Source: the human T2T-CHM13v2.0 reference genome, Homo sapiens
DNA length: 64,000 bases
Strand: one strand, 5' to 3'
Assembly: GCF_009914755.1 (NCBI RefSeq)
Contig: NC_060926.1
The notes under the pieces are model-generated. The model had not been told where the DNA came from and ran no database searches. It was given only the letters and a program-made list of their open reading frames with translations. Below, piece after piece: positions 1 to 15,886 of the stretch. The stretch's first letter is position 1; every line of letters begins with the position of its first letter. Both the position numbers and the translations under genes were made by a program.

Positions 1-95
1 AGACGTGAAGCCATCAGCACAGACACACTCATAACTTCCTTTGGTATTTCTGCAGTGCTGGGGACAAGTCCCAAATTGTTCACATTCATTGATAT
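1..95 (-). CDS. LRP2: LRP2 exon ~65 (partial), calcium-binding EGF repeat
   Basis: Acceptor ttttgcctacag; (D)[31 protein letters not shown]; truncated by the window edge; absent from the ORF track. Confidence 0.93.
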   Translation of the reverse strand, partial: MSMNVNNLGLVPSTAEIPKEVMSVSVLMASR

Positions 96-1028
96 CTGTA
101 GGCAAAATAAAACCAAATACGCAACATCTGTTCCCATCCATTCCTTAGAGATCTTGCTTCTGTTTAAACCCATATTCACCAGCAATGAGGACCGAGAAGG
201 GTACAGATGAAAATAAGCAATGATACAAACATTTGTGAAACACTAAGTTTCAGATACTGTTTCACATGCTTTTCAAATATTTTCCTCGTTTAGTCTTGCC
301 AAAAGACTTTAAGAGGTATGGACGATTAAGCCCACAGTCCCAAAGCTGATAAGCAATGGAGACAGGATTTAAACTCTATGACTCTGCAATAGCAGAGCAC
401 ATTTTCCCTTTCAGAAGGCATATGTTGTGTTGTATTGTTCGGTGTCTCTTCACTTCTGCTAACCAGCTTCAGGAACAGGAGTCATTGATTTAGTTTTTCA
501 ATTGAGTTCTTAAGCTTCAAGTCCAAAAGGAACTCTTACAATCTTCTGACTATGACATATCATGAATTAGAAACAGTAAATTCAAATACTAAAAGGCACC
601 TAAAATCATGCTCATCACTCACCATCTTGATAAGCTACCTTCTGACTCCATACCTTACAACTCATCTATGTCTGGCGTAAGTAGGTGTATAATAAATACG
701 TGTTGGTTGTTTGACTTACAATGAAGAAAGTAAGCCTAGTTTGTTTTTTAAATTAACTTTGATTTCACACACTGGTGCAATAAGCAGCCATCATCACCAA
801 GGCCTTCATCATTCATATCAATTCCACAGACTCTACTGAGCACACAGTATCTGACAAGCACTCAGGTAGGCACTGGTCAGATAGCATGCATGCAGGTGGG
901 GGAAAGCAATTCTTGAGTAGTTTAATGACCTAGAACCATGAAACCATGAGTATGGTACCATTAAGGGAATTAAATAGTGATTTATTTAACAAAGGGGAGT
1001 GGGTGGAGAACCTTAGATGTAAAGTTCA

Positions 1029-1346
<318 letters not shown>

Positions 1347-1545
1347 TCAGGATTCCTATTTCTGATCGTGATCTGAATACCATTTAGATAAATGCATATA
1401 ATGCTAAAACTTTGAGGCAATTTTCACATTATATGCAGCACTCCTAGGCTTATCCTCAGAGCATCCAATTCTGGACTGCACAACTATGAAGCCTGACACT
1501 CTACAGCTATTACCACCTGCTCTACTATCTTTAATCCTATTGCAA

Positions 1546-1610
1546 ATAGATAGATCAATAGATAGATAGAGAGATAGATGATAGATCGATAGATAGATAA
1601 CAGATAGAAA

Positions 1611-1661
<51 letters not shown>

Positions 1662-1667
1662 AAAAAA
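1546..1667. repeat. Compound microsatellite: imperfect (GATA)n followed by (TAAA)n
   Basis: Directly visible tandem units. Confidence 0.95.
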
Positions 1668-1762
1668 GACATGGATACAGATAGGTTAGAACAAAGTTAC
1701 AAATAGGAGGAAATTATAAAATTTTAAGAAGACTATAATTTCCCTAACATTGACCAATTGAT

Positions 1763-1767
<5 letters not shown>

Positions 1768-1808
<41 letters not shown>
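1768..1808. repeat. (AC)~20 microsatellite
   Basis: Directly visible. Confidence 0.97.
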
Positions 1809-1810
<2 letters not shown>

Positions 1811-2114
1811 TATATACATGTATATCAAGTGTTGACCAGGGTGCAGTAAAATACATAGAGTTCTAAATCATACAACTGCTCTTAGAGCCATAAATTAGTA
1901 CACAAGGAAAGAAATTTTGTACTATGTATGTATGCACCAAGGACTTTAAAAATATTCATACTCTTTTACCCAGTTATTCCATGTTAATGAATTTTCCCTT
2001 GAGAAGGAATATGCAGTATAATTTACGTTTAAGGATTATAAAAATATTTACAATAAGAACATTTGTTTGTAAACAACTTGAATGTATGTTCAGTGATAGG
2101 GAATAAATTATGTT

Positions 2115-2280
2115 ATAGTATAAAAAAACTAAGACATTAATGATGCACCATTACTTTATGTAACACTAAAATTGAATATGTCTGGAACTTACGCTGACAT
2201 GTTATTAATTGTAAGATATATATCTTGGTTTCAAAGATGTTAAAATATAAAAAAATACATCTTAGAAGCAATAAGTTATG
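2115..2280 (-). mobile_element. MER104-like TcMar-Tc2 DNA transposon fossil
   Basis: Resembles the recalled consensus (TCTAAGATG..TTTTAACATCT.TGAAA..; TAATGGTGC.TC). Confidence 0.55.
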
Positions 2281-3949
2281 ATTATCTACATGATGAATTG
2301 CTATGTGATTATTAAAATTTATAGTTTCAAATGATACTTTGACATGGGAAATACCTATAATAAATTGAAAAAAAGACTGAAAAACTCCATTTAGTATAGA
2401 ATATTTCTTAATTTTTCAAAATACTAAGAAATATTTCTTACATATACATATGCAAAAAAAAGATAGCAAAAGTACACCAAACTTTAAAGGTTAGTTCTCT
2501 TTTAGTGATGGGATTCAAATGATTTTTACTTTTGATTGTTATTGAACTTTCACAGTAAAAAAAAAACAAAAAAAACACAGTTTATTTTTGTAGAGCCCAT
2601 ATAAATGATCCCTGTTATTCTGATCCAGATGTTCCAAGACAGACTTTTAACAGCTCACACTTTACCCTAACACTTCATTGTTCATCATTGCCCCAAGATC
2701 TTGTCTCTACCAATATCTATCCAAGCCATCTGGCTTTCATCCTTGTCATTCTTATCAGTTTGCTTCTTTTATCCTCCATCTATCCCCAAACCTAGGTCTT
2801 ACAGAAAAACTGGCGAAGATGAACATAGATAGTGAGTGATAATGGGGGAAAGAGAGGCAGTGGTTATCTCCATTAAGGATTTAAGCTTCATCTACCTCTC
2901 AAATAAAAAGTCTCCTGGTCATAGGCTTCTGAGTATTTTAGCCAAAGAGACTGTGGTATCTCCTGATTTAATTCTTTCAAATCAAAATAGATTTATATCT
3001 ATCTGTTTTCCATAGTATGCAATGAGGTGAACTTAATCACTCTCAGAGTCCTTTAGGGTAAATGATCATATCACTATATGTGGTCTGAGTACATTAAGAA
3101 CACTGGGTTTCAAAAAGAAAAATAACCAAAATAAAGTACAATGAAATTCAATGGAATGCTGCCCTTGGAGTGCAGACTTCAAAGCTGTATGCATGAAAGT
3201 CTTATAATAAAGATCCTAGCCTTTATTATAGGAGCTCTTAACAACTGTACATTGTTAAAACATCTATTTAGATTTTCTATTTTTTTCATGAGCCATTTTC
3301 AGAGTTTTGTGTCTTTCTAAGAATTTATTCACTTCACGTAAGTTGTTTGATTTATTGCCATAAAATTTGTCATAGTATTTCCTTACTGTCCTTTGAATTT
3401 CTGTGAGATTAGCAGTGATATCCCCTCTACATTGCTAAATGAATCTGACCTATGTTTATTAACTTGGATATCATTGAGCCAGTCACATAACCTCCATGGG
3501 TCTCACATGCATCACTAGACTTTGTAATTTCCTCCTAGCTCTGAAATCTATAAAGGGATTAGGGGTCCCAGGAGTCAAGAATTTCTGGACCAAGTGATCC
3601 ACTAAATGAGTCACCCTTTTGTGAAGCAAGAGTCCTTAACAAGAGCAGAAACCACACGACACTGTAGGATTCTTCCTAAAATGTGAGGGCTTTCTTATCA
3701 TTGTTTTCATTTGAAAATGATCACCATTTTAACCCGTATAACTGATTTCCCCAAACCCAAACATATGGCACTCTATTTATAAAAGAAATACCCTACTTTC
3801 CATTTTATGAAGAAGGAATAAGAACTACCAGAGAAACAGCAAGTCAATCTATCTTTATGATCACATAAATAATATTTGCAACCTGAGGTTAATTTCTTTC
3901 CTTTATACCTGAATGGTGCTAGAAAAAATGCTAATGTATTTTCATTCCC

Positions 3950-4110
3950 AAAAATTTGCCAAGACAGTAGACTTTAGGTGCTCTTACCACAAAAATAATT
4001 TTTTTAAAGATAACTATGTGAGATAACGGATATGTTAATTTGCTTGATTATAACACATCACTATATATAAGTACATCAAAATGTCATGTTGTATACCTTC
4101 AATTTTAAAA
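3950..4110 (+). mobile_element. L1MA-type LINE 3' end fragment
   Basis: gtagactttaggtgctcttaccac...taactatgtgagataacggatatgttaatttgcttgatt, typical of the L1MA 3'UTR. Confidence 0.7.
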
Positions 4111-4809
4111 AATCGAACAATGTGTCTTAAACACTTCAGTGATGCTTTTGGAGAAGAAGAAGATGAAGGAGGAGGAGGAGAAGGAAGAAGAAGAAGGAGA
4201 AGAGGAGGAAGGAGAAAAAAGACAAAGGCAAATAAATTAACAGCACCCAAGAACTAGTATATTAAAAAAGAATTCTATGCCTCAAATTATTAGTCCAGAG
4301 AAATAAGACTGAATTCCATGTCACATATTCACTTAATATCTGAAAAGAGAAGCTGCTTCCATACCCGAATTGTTTGTGCTACTTATTTCCTTAAAAAAAA
4401 AAAAAAAAAAAAAAAAACAAAAAAAAAACCTGCTACTAATTAAATGCCATTTGAAAAGAAAGTACTGTAGTCTATTTTAAGCCACCTATCAGTCTCTGGG
4501 AGTCAGAACCCAAACCTGCCATTCAGTTTTGCAAATTCTATCATGTTCAGGCTTTTAAAATATTTTATCAAGTCACTTCATTCTGTCAATAACTCCAAGT
4601 CCCACAGAAAACGTATGTGAAATAAATGGCAAGCCAACTCAATATGGCTGGTTATTCATACCTCTTCGTAACTCACGCAGGAGAAAAATTGATAGAAAAT
4701 CCTTTGGATGCCTCAGGAAAAAGTCAATTAGAGCCCAAGAAGTTGAAAGCACATGGAGCTCACTAGGATGACTAAGTCACAGGCTCCTAGAGTTTGGAGA
4801 AGGGCCTCC

Positions 4810-5060
4810 TTTTTCCTGTGAGGAAACCAAAGACTGGAGAGGTCAGTATGTGCCCAAAGTGGCACAGCTAGTGGCAGGGATCCAGAGGCCAGCCCTCCTA
4901 ACCTGGACTTACATGACTGCTCCAATTCTGCCTCTGACATTCTGTGTGACCACAAGGAAGTTACTTAAGCTCTCTGAGCTTTATTACATAGACAATAACA
5001 GCAACTCAATGGGGCTAACTTGAGTAACACATTAAATAATGTATGTGAAAGCACTTTATG
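4810..5060. mobile_element. Two adjacent MIR fragments in opposite orientation
   Basis: gaggaaac...tgcccaaagtggcacagctagt (minus), then tgtgtgacc...aagttacttaagctctctgagc (plus). Confidence 0.6.
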
Positions 5061-5128
5061 AGTCATAAATGGACTACAAAGGTGTGACTTAGTAACATGT
5101 CATTTTAACATTTCCATCAAAATATTGA

Positions 5129-5506
<378 letters not shown>

Positions 5507-5627
5507 ACTCCCTCAACTTTAAAAATAAAAATAAATGTCCCTTCCCAGGTCCCCTGTGGCGTTCCCTTCTTGATCAAACACCCTCAGAAGGATTTTCAGG
5601 TACCAAGGATACTGCATTTGGCTTAAG

Positions 5628-5787
5628 ATTTTTTTCATGTATATACTTTAAGTTCCAGGGTACATGTGCACAACGTGCAGGTTTGTTACATATGTATGCA
5701 TGTGCCATGTTGGCTTGCTGCACCCATTAACTCATCATTTACATTAGGTATTTCTCCTAATGCTATCCCTCCCCCATCCTCCCACCA
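5628..5787 (-). mobile_element. L1PA 3' end fragment
   Basis: tactttaagttccagggtacatgtgcacaacgtgcaggtttgttaca...ctaatgctatccctcccc. Confidence 0.9.
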
Positions 5788-5839
5788 TAATGTGCAGACT
5801 AATAAACAAAATATGTAGCCTTAAAGTGCTAAGAGGCAC

Positions 5840-6070
5840 CCAGTGGACTGGGAAGAGGACTTGCTCTGCAGTGAAACAGACCAGAGTTCAAATCCTGAGT
5901 CAACCTCTTAATGACAGTAAGACCTGGCCAATTCGTTTAACCTCTAAGTTCGTTGCTCATTTGTACATAAGAAAGAGATAATAACATCTAACTCATAAGA
6001 TTGCTACCAGGCATGTAGAATGTTTGACACAATGTCTGGTCTAGGATAAGCACTCAGTCACAGCTAGCTA
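5840..6070 (+). mobile_element. MIR
   Basis: gagttcaaatcctg...tttaacctct...ctcatttgta MIR core. Confidence 0.7.
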
Positions 6071-6199
6071 TGGGCTTGACTGGAATTCAAGCAAAAAGTA
6101 CATTAAGGAGAAAATGTGGTCAGTGTCTACATTATGTTATTGCATGTTTTAATTAGGTAAACCTGAGTTACTACAATGAACTATAAAAACAAGTGTTTA

Positions 6200-8510
<2,311 letters not shown>

Positions 8511-9572
8511 CTGTTCCTTGAAAAGAATAGAAGTTTATGGATTCTTTTTTCCACTCTGGGATTTGACCATGTGCTACAAATGTCTTGCTCCATTTTTTAA
8601 AAAATGGCATTTTTAGCAGGGGAAATGGAAAGAGATTTTGGGGAAGGGGGAAATCTGCTCAAATTCTTTAAAAATATTTTATTTCTGGGCTTTCATGCTT
8701 TTGCGCTATGCCTCAAATAAACATATTAATGCTATAATGTATTAATGCTATCTCTGCCAGTAATAATGATAACAGGAATACGAACTTGAAGGTTGTGGTA
8801 GTGTCAAAGTCCTCCCTGACAGTCTCCTCTGGGATGGGGGCTGGAAGTAAGCATTCTGTGGCAAAGCGTTCTAAGACCACATCAATACAAGAAATAGAAA
8901 GTGGAGAAATCAGGCATTTATCTTAATTTTCCCAGATAATGTCTTTTTGGGGAAAAAAATAATTGGAGTCGGGGAAATGATTTTCCTCACTGACATTTTC
9001 TAGGCAAATTAAATTGCCCAGAAAATTGGTCAACTTTCCCCTTCAATGGATAGATTTTAAAACATTTTGAAAGTGCAGAAAAAGTACAGCTATTTCAATG
9101 CCTCGATTGTTAAATGCAGCCAGTTTGGAACTTCTATCTTAAACTAATCTATCACTTTTCTCTTCTGGGAAATGAACTTTCATTTTCAACAAGGATATTA
9201 GATAAGCTCTGTTAACACCAGTGCTGCCTTGCTTCACATGATCTCTGCAGCTGGGCACCTGCCTAGATTAGCAATTAGCAACTCCTGAAGGCTGAAGGAT
9301 GATCAAATCTCATATTTGAAAAAATAAACTATTAATTTGCGAGGTGTGGCTCAATCAGTATTTAGTGTTTGTTCTCAGTTTCTTATGAGAAAAGAGGAGG
9401 GGAAGGCTTATTAAATGTTCAAACAAAGACTGAAAAATTAATGGATTTGCCAGCATCATGCTCAAATGAGACAGGAAGAAACAGGCAGGGTTACATGTAA
9501 GCAATGCATGTGTTTGCATGGTCTTGTAAACAATTATGTCAGCAGAGATCTGCAGTCATGGGCACAACTCTA

Positions 9573-9833
<261 letters not shown>

Positions 9834-9879
9834 CTAAGTGTCAATATCTAAAATACTCCAGTGTCAGCACCAGGCTTGC

Positions 9880-10290
9880 TTCATTCATGCACTCATTTAC
9901 TCATTTGATTAATCAATCAGCAGATACACCTTACATGTATAGTACACACCAAGGCACTGTGCTAGGCAGTAGATATGATGGGAAACAAGAAAGACACAGT
10001 CCTTGTCCTCATGGAACTTTCATTCTAGTAGAGAAACAGGCTTTTCAAATTAACCATTCAATTACAACTATGAAACATCTACTGGGGTGATCTGACTTAA
10101 GTTAGGGAGAGGAAGGCTTGGAAGAAACTTCCCATAGATTCTGAGTCAGAGAGGAGGATGGCAGGTCTCTGGACCTGAATAAAGGCCTCGGTGGCTGGAG
10201 CATGGATCGTGGAGCACAATGGTGGCTGTGAGGCTGGACAGACTGGCAGTACATGGACTCTTATCCTAACAGCCAGGAAGCCATTTGTTT
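9880..10290 (-). mobile_element. L2 3' fragment
   Basis: (cattc)n-like tail; caaggcactgtgctaggc...gtccttgtcctcatggaacttt. Confidence 0.7.
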
Positions 10291-11199
10291 GATCCTCCTG
10301 ATGGCAGTTGTCATAGAGTCTCTACCGCATGAGTCTTTTATTGAAGCTTTAAATTGTGTTGGATTTTCCTTCCTGAATTCCCTCACCTCTTACATTTAAA
10401 ATCGATATCTCACAATCAAACCCTGACACACTTGCTGTCCAGAGTGAGACCTCTAGCTGCTGCCTGTACAGATGTGAGGAACTCAAGGGTAGTCCCCAGG
10501 TCCCCTACTTGTTTGGTACAGGGAACATGGTTCACTATGCGTGTACCACAAATGCAGTGAACTCAACATACATGTGGTCTTCACATGTGGTCTGTCTTTC
10601 ACATGGAGGATTTGGGCTGTCTGATTTTCCTTCCGCCTTGGTATCACACACAGGGATCAAGAGGAGAGACTTATAATAAGATTGGTTGAGGGGAAAGGGT
10701 CAGATCTAAGGGCTGATTCTTGGAAGTATTGTTAATAGAACTATTGCAATAATTATTTGCTGTGAAAGGCAAGTTCAATATTATAAAACAGTATTGGAAA
10801 CCTTTTAATGTAGCTGTGTCTCTGACTCTCCAAAGTTTATTTTTACTAGCTATGGGCATTTTACCTTATGGAGAGAAGAGATTTCCTAAGGACTTCTTTG
10901 AAAGTTAAACATGTCTAAGATGTGTCTCAAGATTCATGAAGTTCAAAGCAAAACAAGGCTAGTTCCTAACAAGTAAAGAAAAATGTTGGGATGCAACTGT
11001 GAAATATAATGAACACTAATTAAAGTTTTCTGAGGAGAAACAAAATACTAAGATATATCATCTTCACAAGTCAAATCTCTGGGCTAAAAATGAGTAGTGA
11101 TGAAGCTGGGAAAGGGGATGGAAGATGCAACGTGAACTTCCAACAGGAGTGCTTCTCCAGGTCTTGTCTCCTAGGTTAAGGGCTTTTACTTACACAAAA

Positions 11200-11471
11200 T
11201 CCTGACACTTTAGTTTGCATCAGAATCATTTGAGGGGCCTGTTAATGTATAGATTGCTGGGCCCTTAATTTTCCCACAAAATTAAGGCCACTTTGGGGAA
11301 AGAGCTCAAAAAGCAGGGTCTTTGAGTTAATGCCTTTCCTTCCTCTACTTCTTTTGGTCTTGATTTTTAATTTCTATTTGGATAGGGTGCATCCCATGAA
11401 TTTGCATTTCTAACATATTCCCAAGTGGCACTGACATTCCTAGTCCAGGTAAGACACTTTTGAGAACTATT
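11200..11471 (-). mobile_element. MER5A (hAT-Charlie) interrupted by a ~115-bp insertion
   Basis: Left arm ctttagtttgcatcagaatca...agattgctgggccc; right arm gaatttgcatttctaaca...cacttttgagaac. Confidence 0.75.
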
Positions 11472-11551
11472 ACCCTAGAGTTCCTCCAATGACTCAAAGC
11501 ATGTAGCAAAATGACTGCAACAAACTCTATTTACGTTCACTTCATTAAAAT

Positions 11552-11733
11552 CAGTAGTTCTCAACCAGGGGACTAAACTAAAAGGCTAAGAAGCCTTTTA
11601 AAAATACGTATGTGCAGGCTTCATTCTTGGAGATTCTGCTCCATCAGGTCTAAGCCTAGGGTGAGGCCAGGGCATGTGATTTTGAAATACCCCTCCTCCT
11701 CTGCTACTGACATGTACCTGAATTGAGACTCAC
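11552..11733. mobile_element. MER5B-like hAT fossil
   Basis: cagtagttctcaacc...gagattctg...ggtct...agggcatgtgattttgaa...ttgagac. Confidence 0.55.
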
Positions 11734-11748
11734 AAACAAGCAGGGTTT

Positions 11749-11751
<3 letters not shown>

Positions 11752-11799
<48 letters not shown>
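11752..11799. repeat. (AT)24 perfect microsatellite
   Basis: Directly visible. Confidence 0.97.
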
Positions 11800-11802
<3 letters not shown>

Positions 11803-11882
11803 TCATTCAGCAAGAGGGAATTAGATGGCCTTGAATTACCATGTTAAAAGGAAGTGACTGTAAAGATTAAGAAAGTCTTAGC

Positions 11883-12098
11883 ATTTTCTAAAGGTGCTCC
11901 AGGAAGCTCTAGGGGTTTGGAGAGGGTACTTCAGGGGCACCCAAAGTAGGATACAGCAGGAGAGGTACAGCCTCCTCCCTACCCTTCCTCAGACTTCAAC
12001 CACAACAGACCTGCCTTTATTTATGCATACTAGGTTTTCAAGCAACATTTCCCTTAAAGACATTGTTTTCTAAGGCCATAATACATTTAAAAACATGG
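11883..12098 (+). mobile_element. MER112-like hAT-Charlie fossil
   Basis: gctctagggg...cttcaggggc...cttcaaccacaacag..ctgcctttat resembles the recalled consensus. Confidence 0.45.
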
Positions 12099-12291
12099 AG
12101 GTTTTCCCAACTTTCTCAGGTTACAGAGAGAACTGAAGCTGGAAGACCCAGTGAAATAACACCAACGCTGATCCTGTGTCCATTCCTAAACAATTGTACA
12201 ACTGCTCTCCAGGCTCACATGCTACACGTAAGAAACAATGAGATTTGACAGACAACACCACTCCCATTCACTCCGTTTCTCTCCCTCTTAC

Positions 12292-12429
12292 AGCACAGGT
12301 GAAGTTCTTCATCTGAACCATCGCCGCAGTCATCATCGCCATCACATTTCCAATATGGCGGGATACAAACATGGTTTTTGCATTCGAACATAGTAGCCTG
12401 GCAGTATGCACCATCAGGAAAGCGTGTGG
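12292..12429 (-). CDS. LRP2: LRP2 exon ~61, LDLa repeat
   Basis: ccatggcag / GTAAGA; 138 nt; [45 protein letters not shown]. Confidence 0.95.
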
Positions 12430-13419
12430 CTGCCATGGGGGAAAAAAACATATTCAAATTATTATACAAATTGACTACTTTGGGGAAGCTTCCTGCTATT
12501 TCTCCTTTGGCTCTTGCCATTATAGCCTGCTCTTCTTTATTCATCAAGATGTATAGTGGCCTTGACCTGTCTGAAAGTTGAATGGACTATGTCTTAAGGG
12601 CAGTTGTCAGAGCCCAGTCAGTTTCCAATGGCATGAATCATCCATGGCATGGACAGCACTGGACTTAATCTCTACAGGCAAATGTCAAGACTGGTTTTAC
12701 CCACATACATTTATAAAGTCTCTTTGGCAACCACATCATCAACGATAACCATCATGGATGATTATCATGGATGATGGTTATTGTTGATGGATCAGCAATA
12801 ATGATGTATAAACAGTTTGCATTGATTCAAGTGATCCATAAAGACTCAAATCTGAGTAATCATGTTGGCTTTCCAGTTTTTGTAGGGAAAAGAAAGATCA
12901 GACAGTTACTGTGTCTATGTAGAAAAGGAAGACATAAGAAACTCCATTTTGATCTCTCTCAGTCTTCTCAGTCTCTCATCCCACCTGAGGAGAAATACCT
13001 ACAGGTGTGGAGGGGCTGGCCCCCTTCAAGTTTTAATCATTTTTATACTCCATCGTGTGACTGAGAAAAATTTTAATGCTATAAATTCAATATGTTCGAA
13101 TACCCAACCCAAGTTCTTTATACTAATGTATTCGTTGCTTGAATATTTTTTTACCTGAAATGTTTTTTATCTAATTAATGATTTGTATAGTAGCTGATAA
13201 TATATAAATACTTTGTTAGCACAGATTACTTAATATATTCTCCATTTAAAATAGCAAGGAAGTACACTTGAACGGCCATTGTGAAATGTATGATTATGAT
13301 GACTTAGAACTCAGGTGAACTGATCATTATCAGTGCATGCTGAACAGACAATACTTATGGCCTTTTAATCTAAGAAGCGGCAGCGGACTGATGTCTAAAC
13401 TATCATATCCATGCTCTCA

Positions 13420-13662
<243 letters not shown>

Positions 13663-14277
13663 CTATCTACACCCTGTGACTGGCTCACAGCAAACCCACA
13701 ACTTGTGGTTAGCAAATTAATACATTCTCAAAACTCACACTTTCCCCACTCAACATACAGAGATGGAAGTACCTAGCTCCCTAATATTAAATAATCTCCA
13801 GCTCTTAAGCTTTTCCTCAGAAATCGGAATTCCCCAATTTTCAATGTTTTCTAATTTTCCTAAGACCCAACACCAAATCAGTAAAGAGCTATAAAAATTA
13901 CTTTGGGTTTAGGATTACTCTGTCAATGATCTGATCTCTACACAAGAGAGTCATAGGAGCACATGCATATTCCTTAGGGTGACTTTCCGTGGAATAGTAG
14001 CAAGATCAAAGTCTTTGTTTACAAGGCTAACGCAGATTAAAATCTGCTCCTAAGAAGTGTTGATATTAAAATTAAATGTTTAAAATTCCTTGCTATTTTC
14101 CTCAATTATGACTAATCTAGACTGCTATGAGTTAAGAATAATGCATAGAAAATACAGAGCAGAAGATACTGTGTTATGCTAAGGTTTACATATTACACAT
14201 ATACAAAAATAATTTTCCTCTAAAAGCCTTATAAACACTAATTTGAAGCCCCTACACTGTCACAGTACAAAATTCTA

Positions 14278-14571
<294 letters not shown>

Positions 14572-14674
14572 CTAGACCTTTCACCTTAATTTTGAGTCTG
14601 TAAAGAATGGCCTTTATTAAGAAGTTTGTCCAAAGGTGATCTGATCTCTCTTTCTCTCTTGCTCTCTCTCTCTG

Positions 14675-14812
14675 TTTTTTTTTTTTTTTTTTTTTTGAAA
14701 CAGGATCTTTCAACATTGCCCAGGCTGACTTTGAACTCCTGGTCTAAAGTAATCCTCCCTGCTCAGGCTCCTGCGTAGCTGGGACTGCAGGTGTGTTCCA
14801 CCATGCCCAGCT
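14675..14812 (-). mobile_element. FLAM-type Alu monomer
   Basis: Poly-T, then a single arm ttgcccaggctg..ttgaactcctgg...gtagctgggactgcagg...ccaccatgcccagc. Confidence 0.85.
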
Positions 14813-15766
14813 TGATTTTATCTTAATTTTTTCTATTTCGTGAAACTCTAGATAACCTCTTATAGGATTCAACATTGACTTTTATTAATAAAAGACAAAA
14901 TGCCAATTGGATTACCCTTTTGTATAAGTTTTTAGCTAACTGATATTTGCAGGTGTAGTCAGCTTCCTAAATCTCTCATTGCTTATCGCAAGTGGTGATC
15001 ACTTTTTTCTTCCAAAAGGTAAACAAAGTTAGAATGTGTTTCATTAGTCAATTAGAAATTGACGCATATCATGGGTCAGTGATATACACTCTGGGCAGGG
15101 CTTCATTAAGCTTGTTTTCAGAACACACATTGAGTGTGTTCTGACCATCTAATTTGATATGATCTCAGCCTCTTGGCTTCCTTTCCTCAACCTCCCTATC
15201 CAATGCCTTGTAGTCAATACCTTCGACTGGGAGAGAGAAACTAAAACCTGTCCTGTTAATTAACTGTTAGCCCTCCTAAAATAGTCAACTATTCTAGGAA
15301 GGGTAATAATGCAAACACAAGTTCTCTCTCCTCTCCTATGAAGGCCATTTTGGGGAAAGAGCTTAAGAAGCAGTGTCTCTGGGTTAGCACCCTTCCTCCC
15401 TCTACTTCTCTGGTCCTGGTTTTCTATTTCTATTCTATTTATCTTATTACATTTTTCCTTTATCATAAGTCACCTCAACTTCTTTTGGAAAAAAAAGTTG
15501 GATGTAAATAAATTCAACACATAAAAGATATTCTTCAGTAAATACCTTCCTCCAAAAGCTTGATTTGAAACATCTCAGAAGGAGATGCTTATGTCTTTAG
15601 TGGAAGAGAAAGTAGAAATGTACTGACCAGCAGAAAGAAAGAGATCAGACAGCTTGATATCATCCTACCCATTGAGGATCAATGACATAGACAGTTGAAT
15701 TATGGACAAAAAGCAAACATCACAGCTCTGGTGGTATATAAGGACCATAGGACTGTGAACACTCAC

Positions 15767-15886
15767 CACAGTTTTCCTCATCTGAGTTATCTCCACAGTC
15801 ATTTTGCCCATCACACTGCCAACGAAGAGGGATGCAGTGGTGATTTTTACAGCGGAAATCCCCCACAGGATGGCATGTCCTCTCCT
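15767..15886 (-). CDS. LRP2: LRP2 exon ~58, LDLa repeat
   Basis: ctttgcag / GTGAGT; 120 nt; [40 protein letters not shown] (this frame is absent from the ORF track). Confidence 0.95.

Noticed and set aside
4035-4250. Signal-peptide-like Leu/Pro/Ser-rich ORF
   Set aside because: Produced by a GA-rich low-complexity tract abutting an L1MA fragment
4393-4428. Poly(A) run as another tail-only insertion
   Set aside because: Flanking similarity (tgctact.att) is partial and not directly adjacent, so there is no convincing TSD
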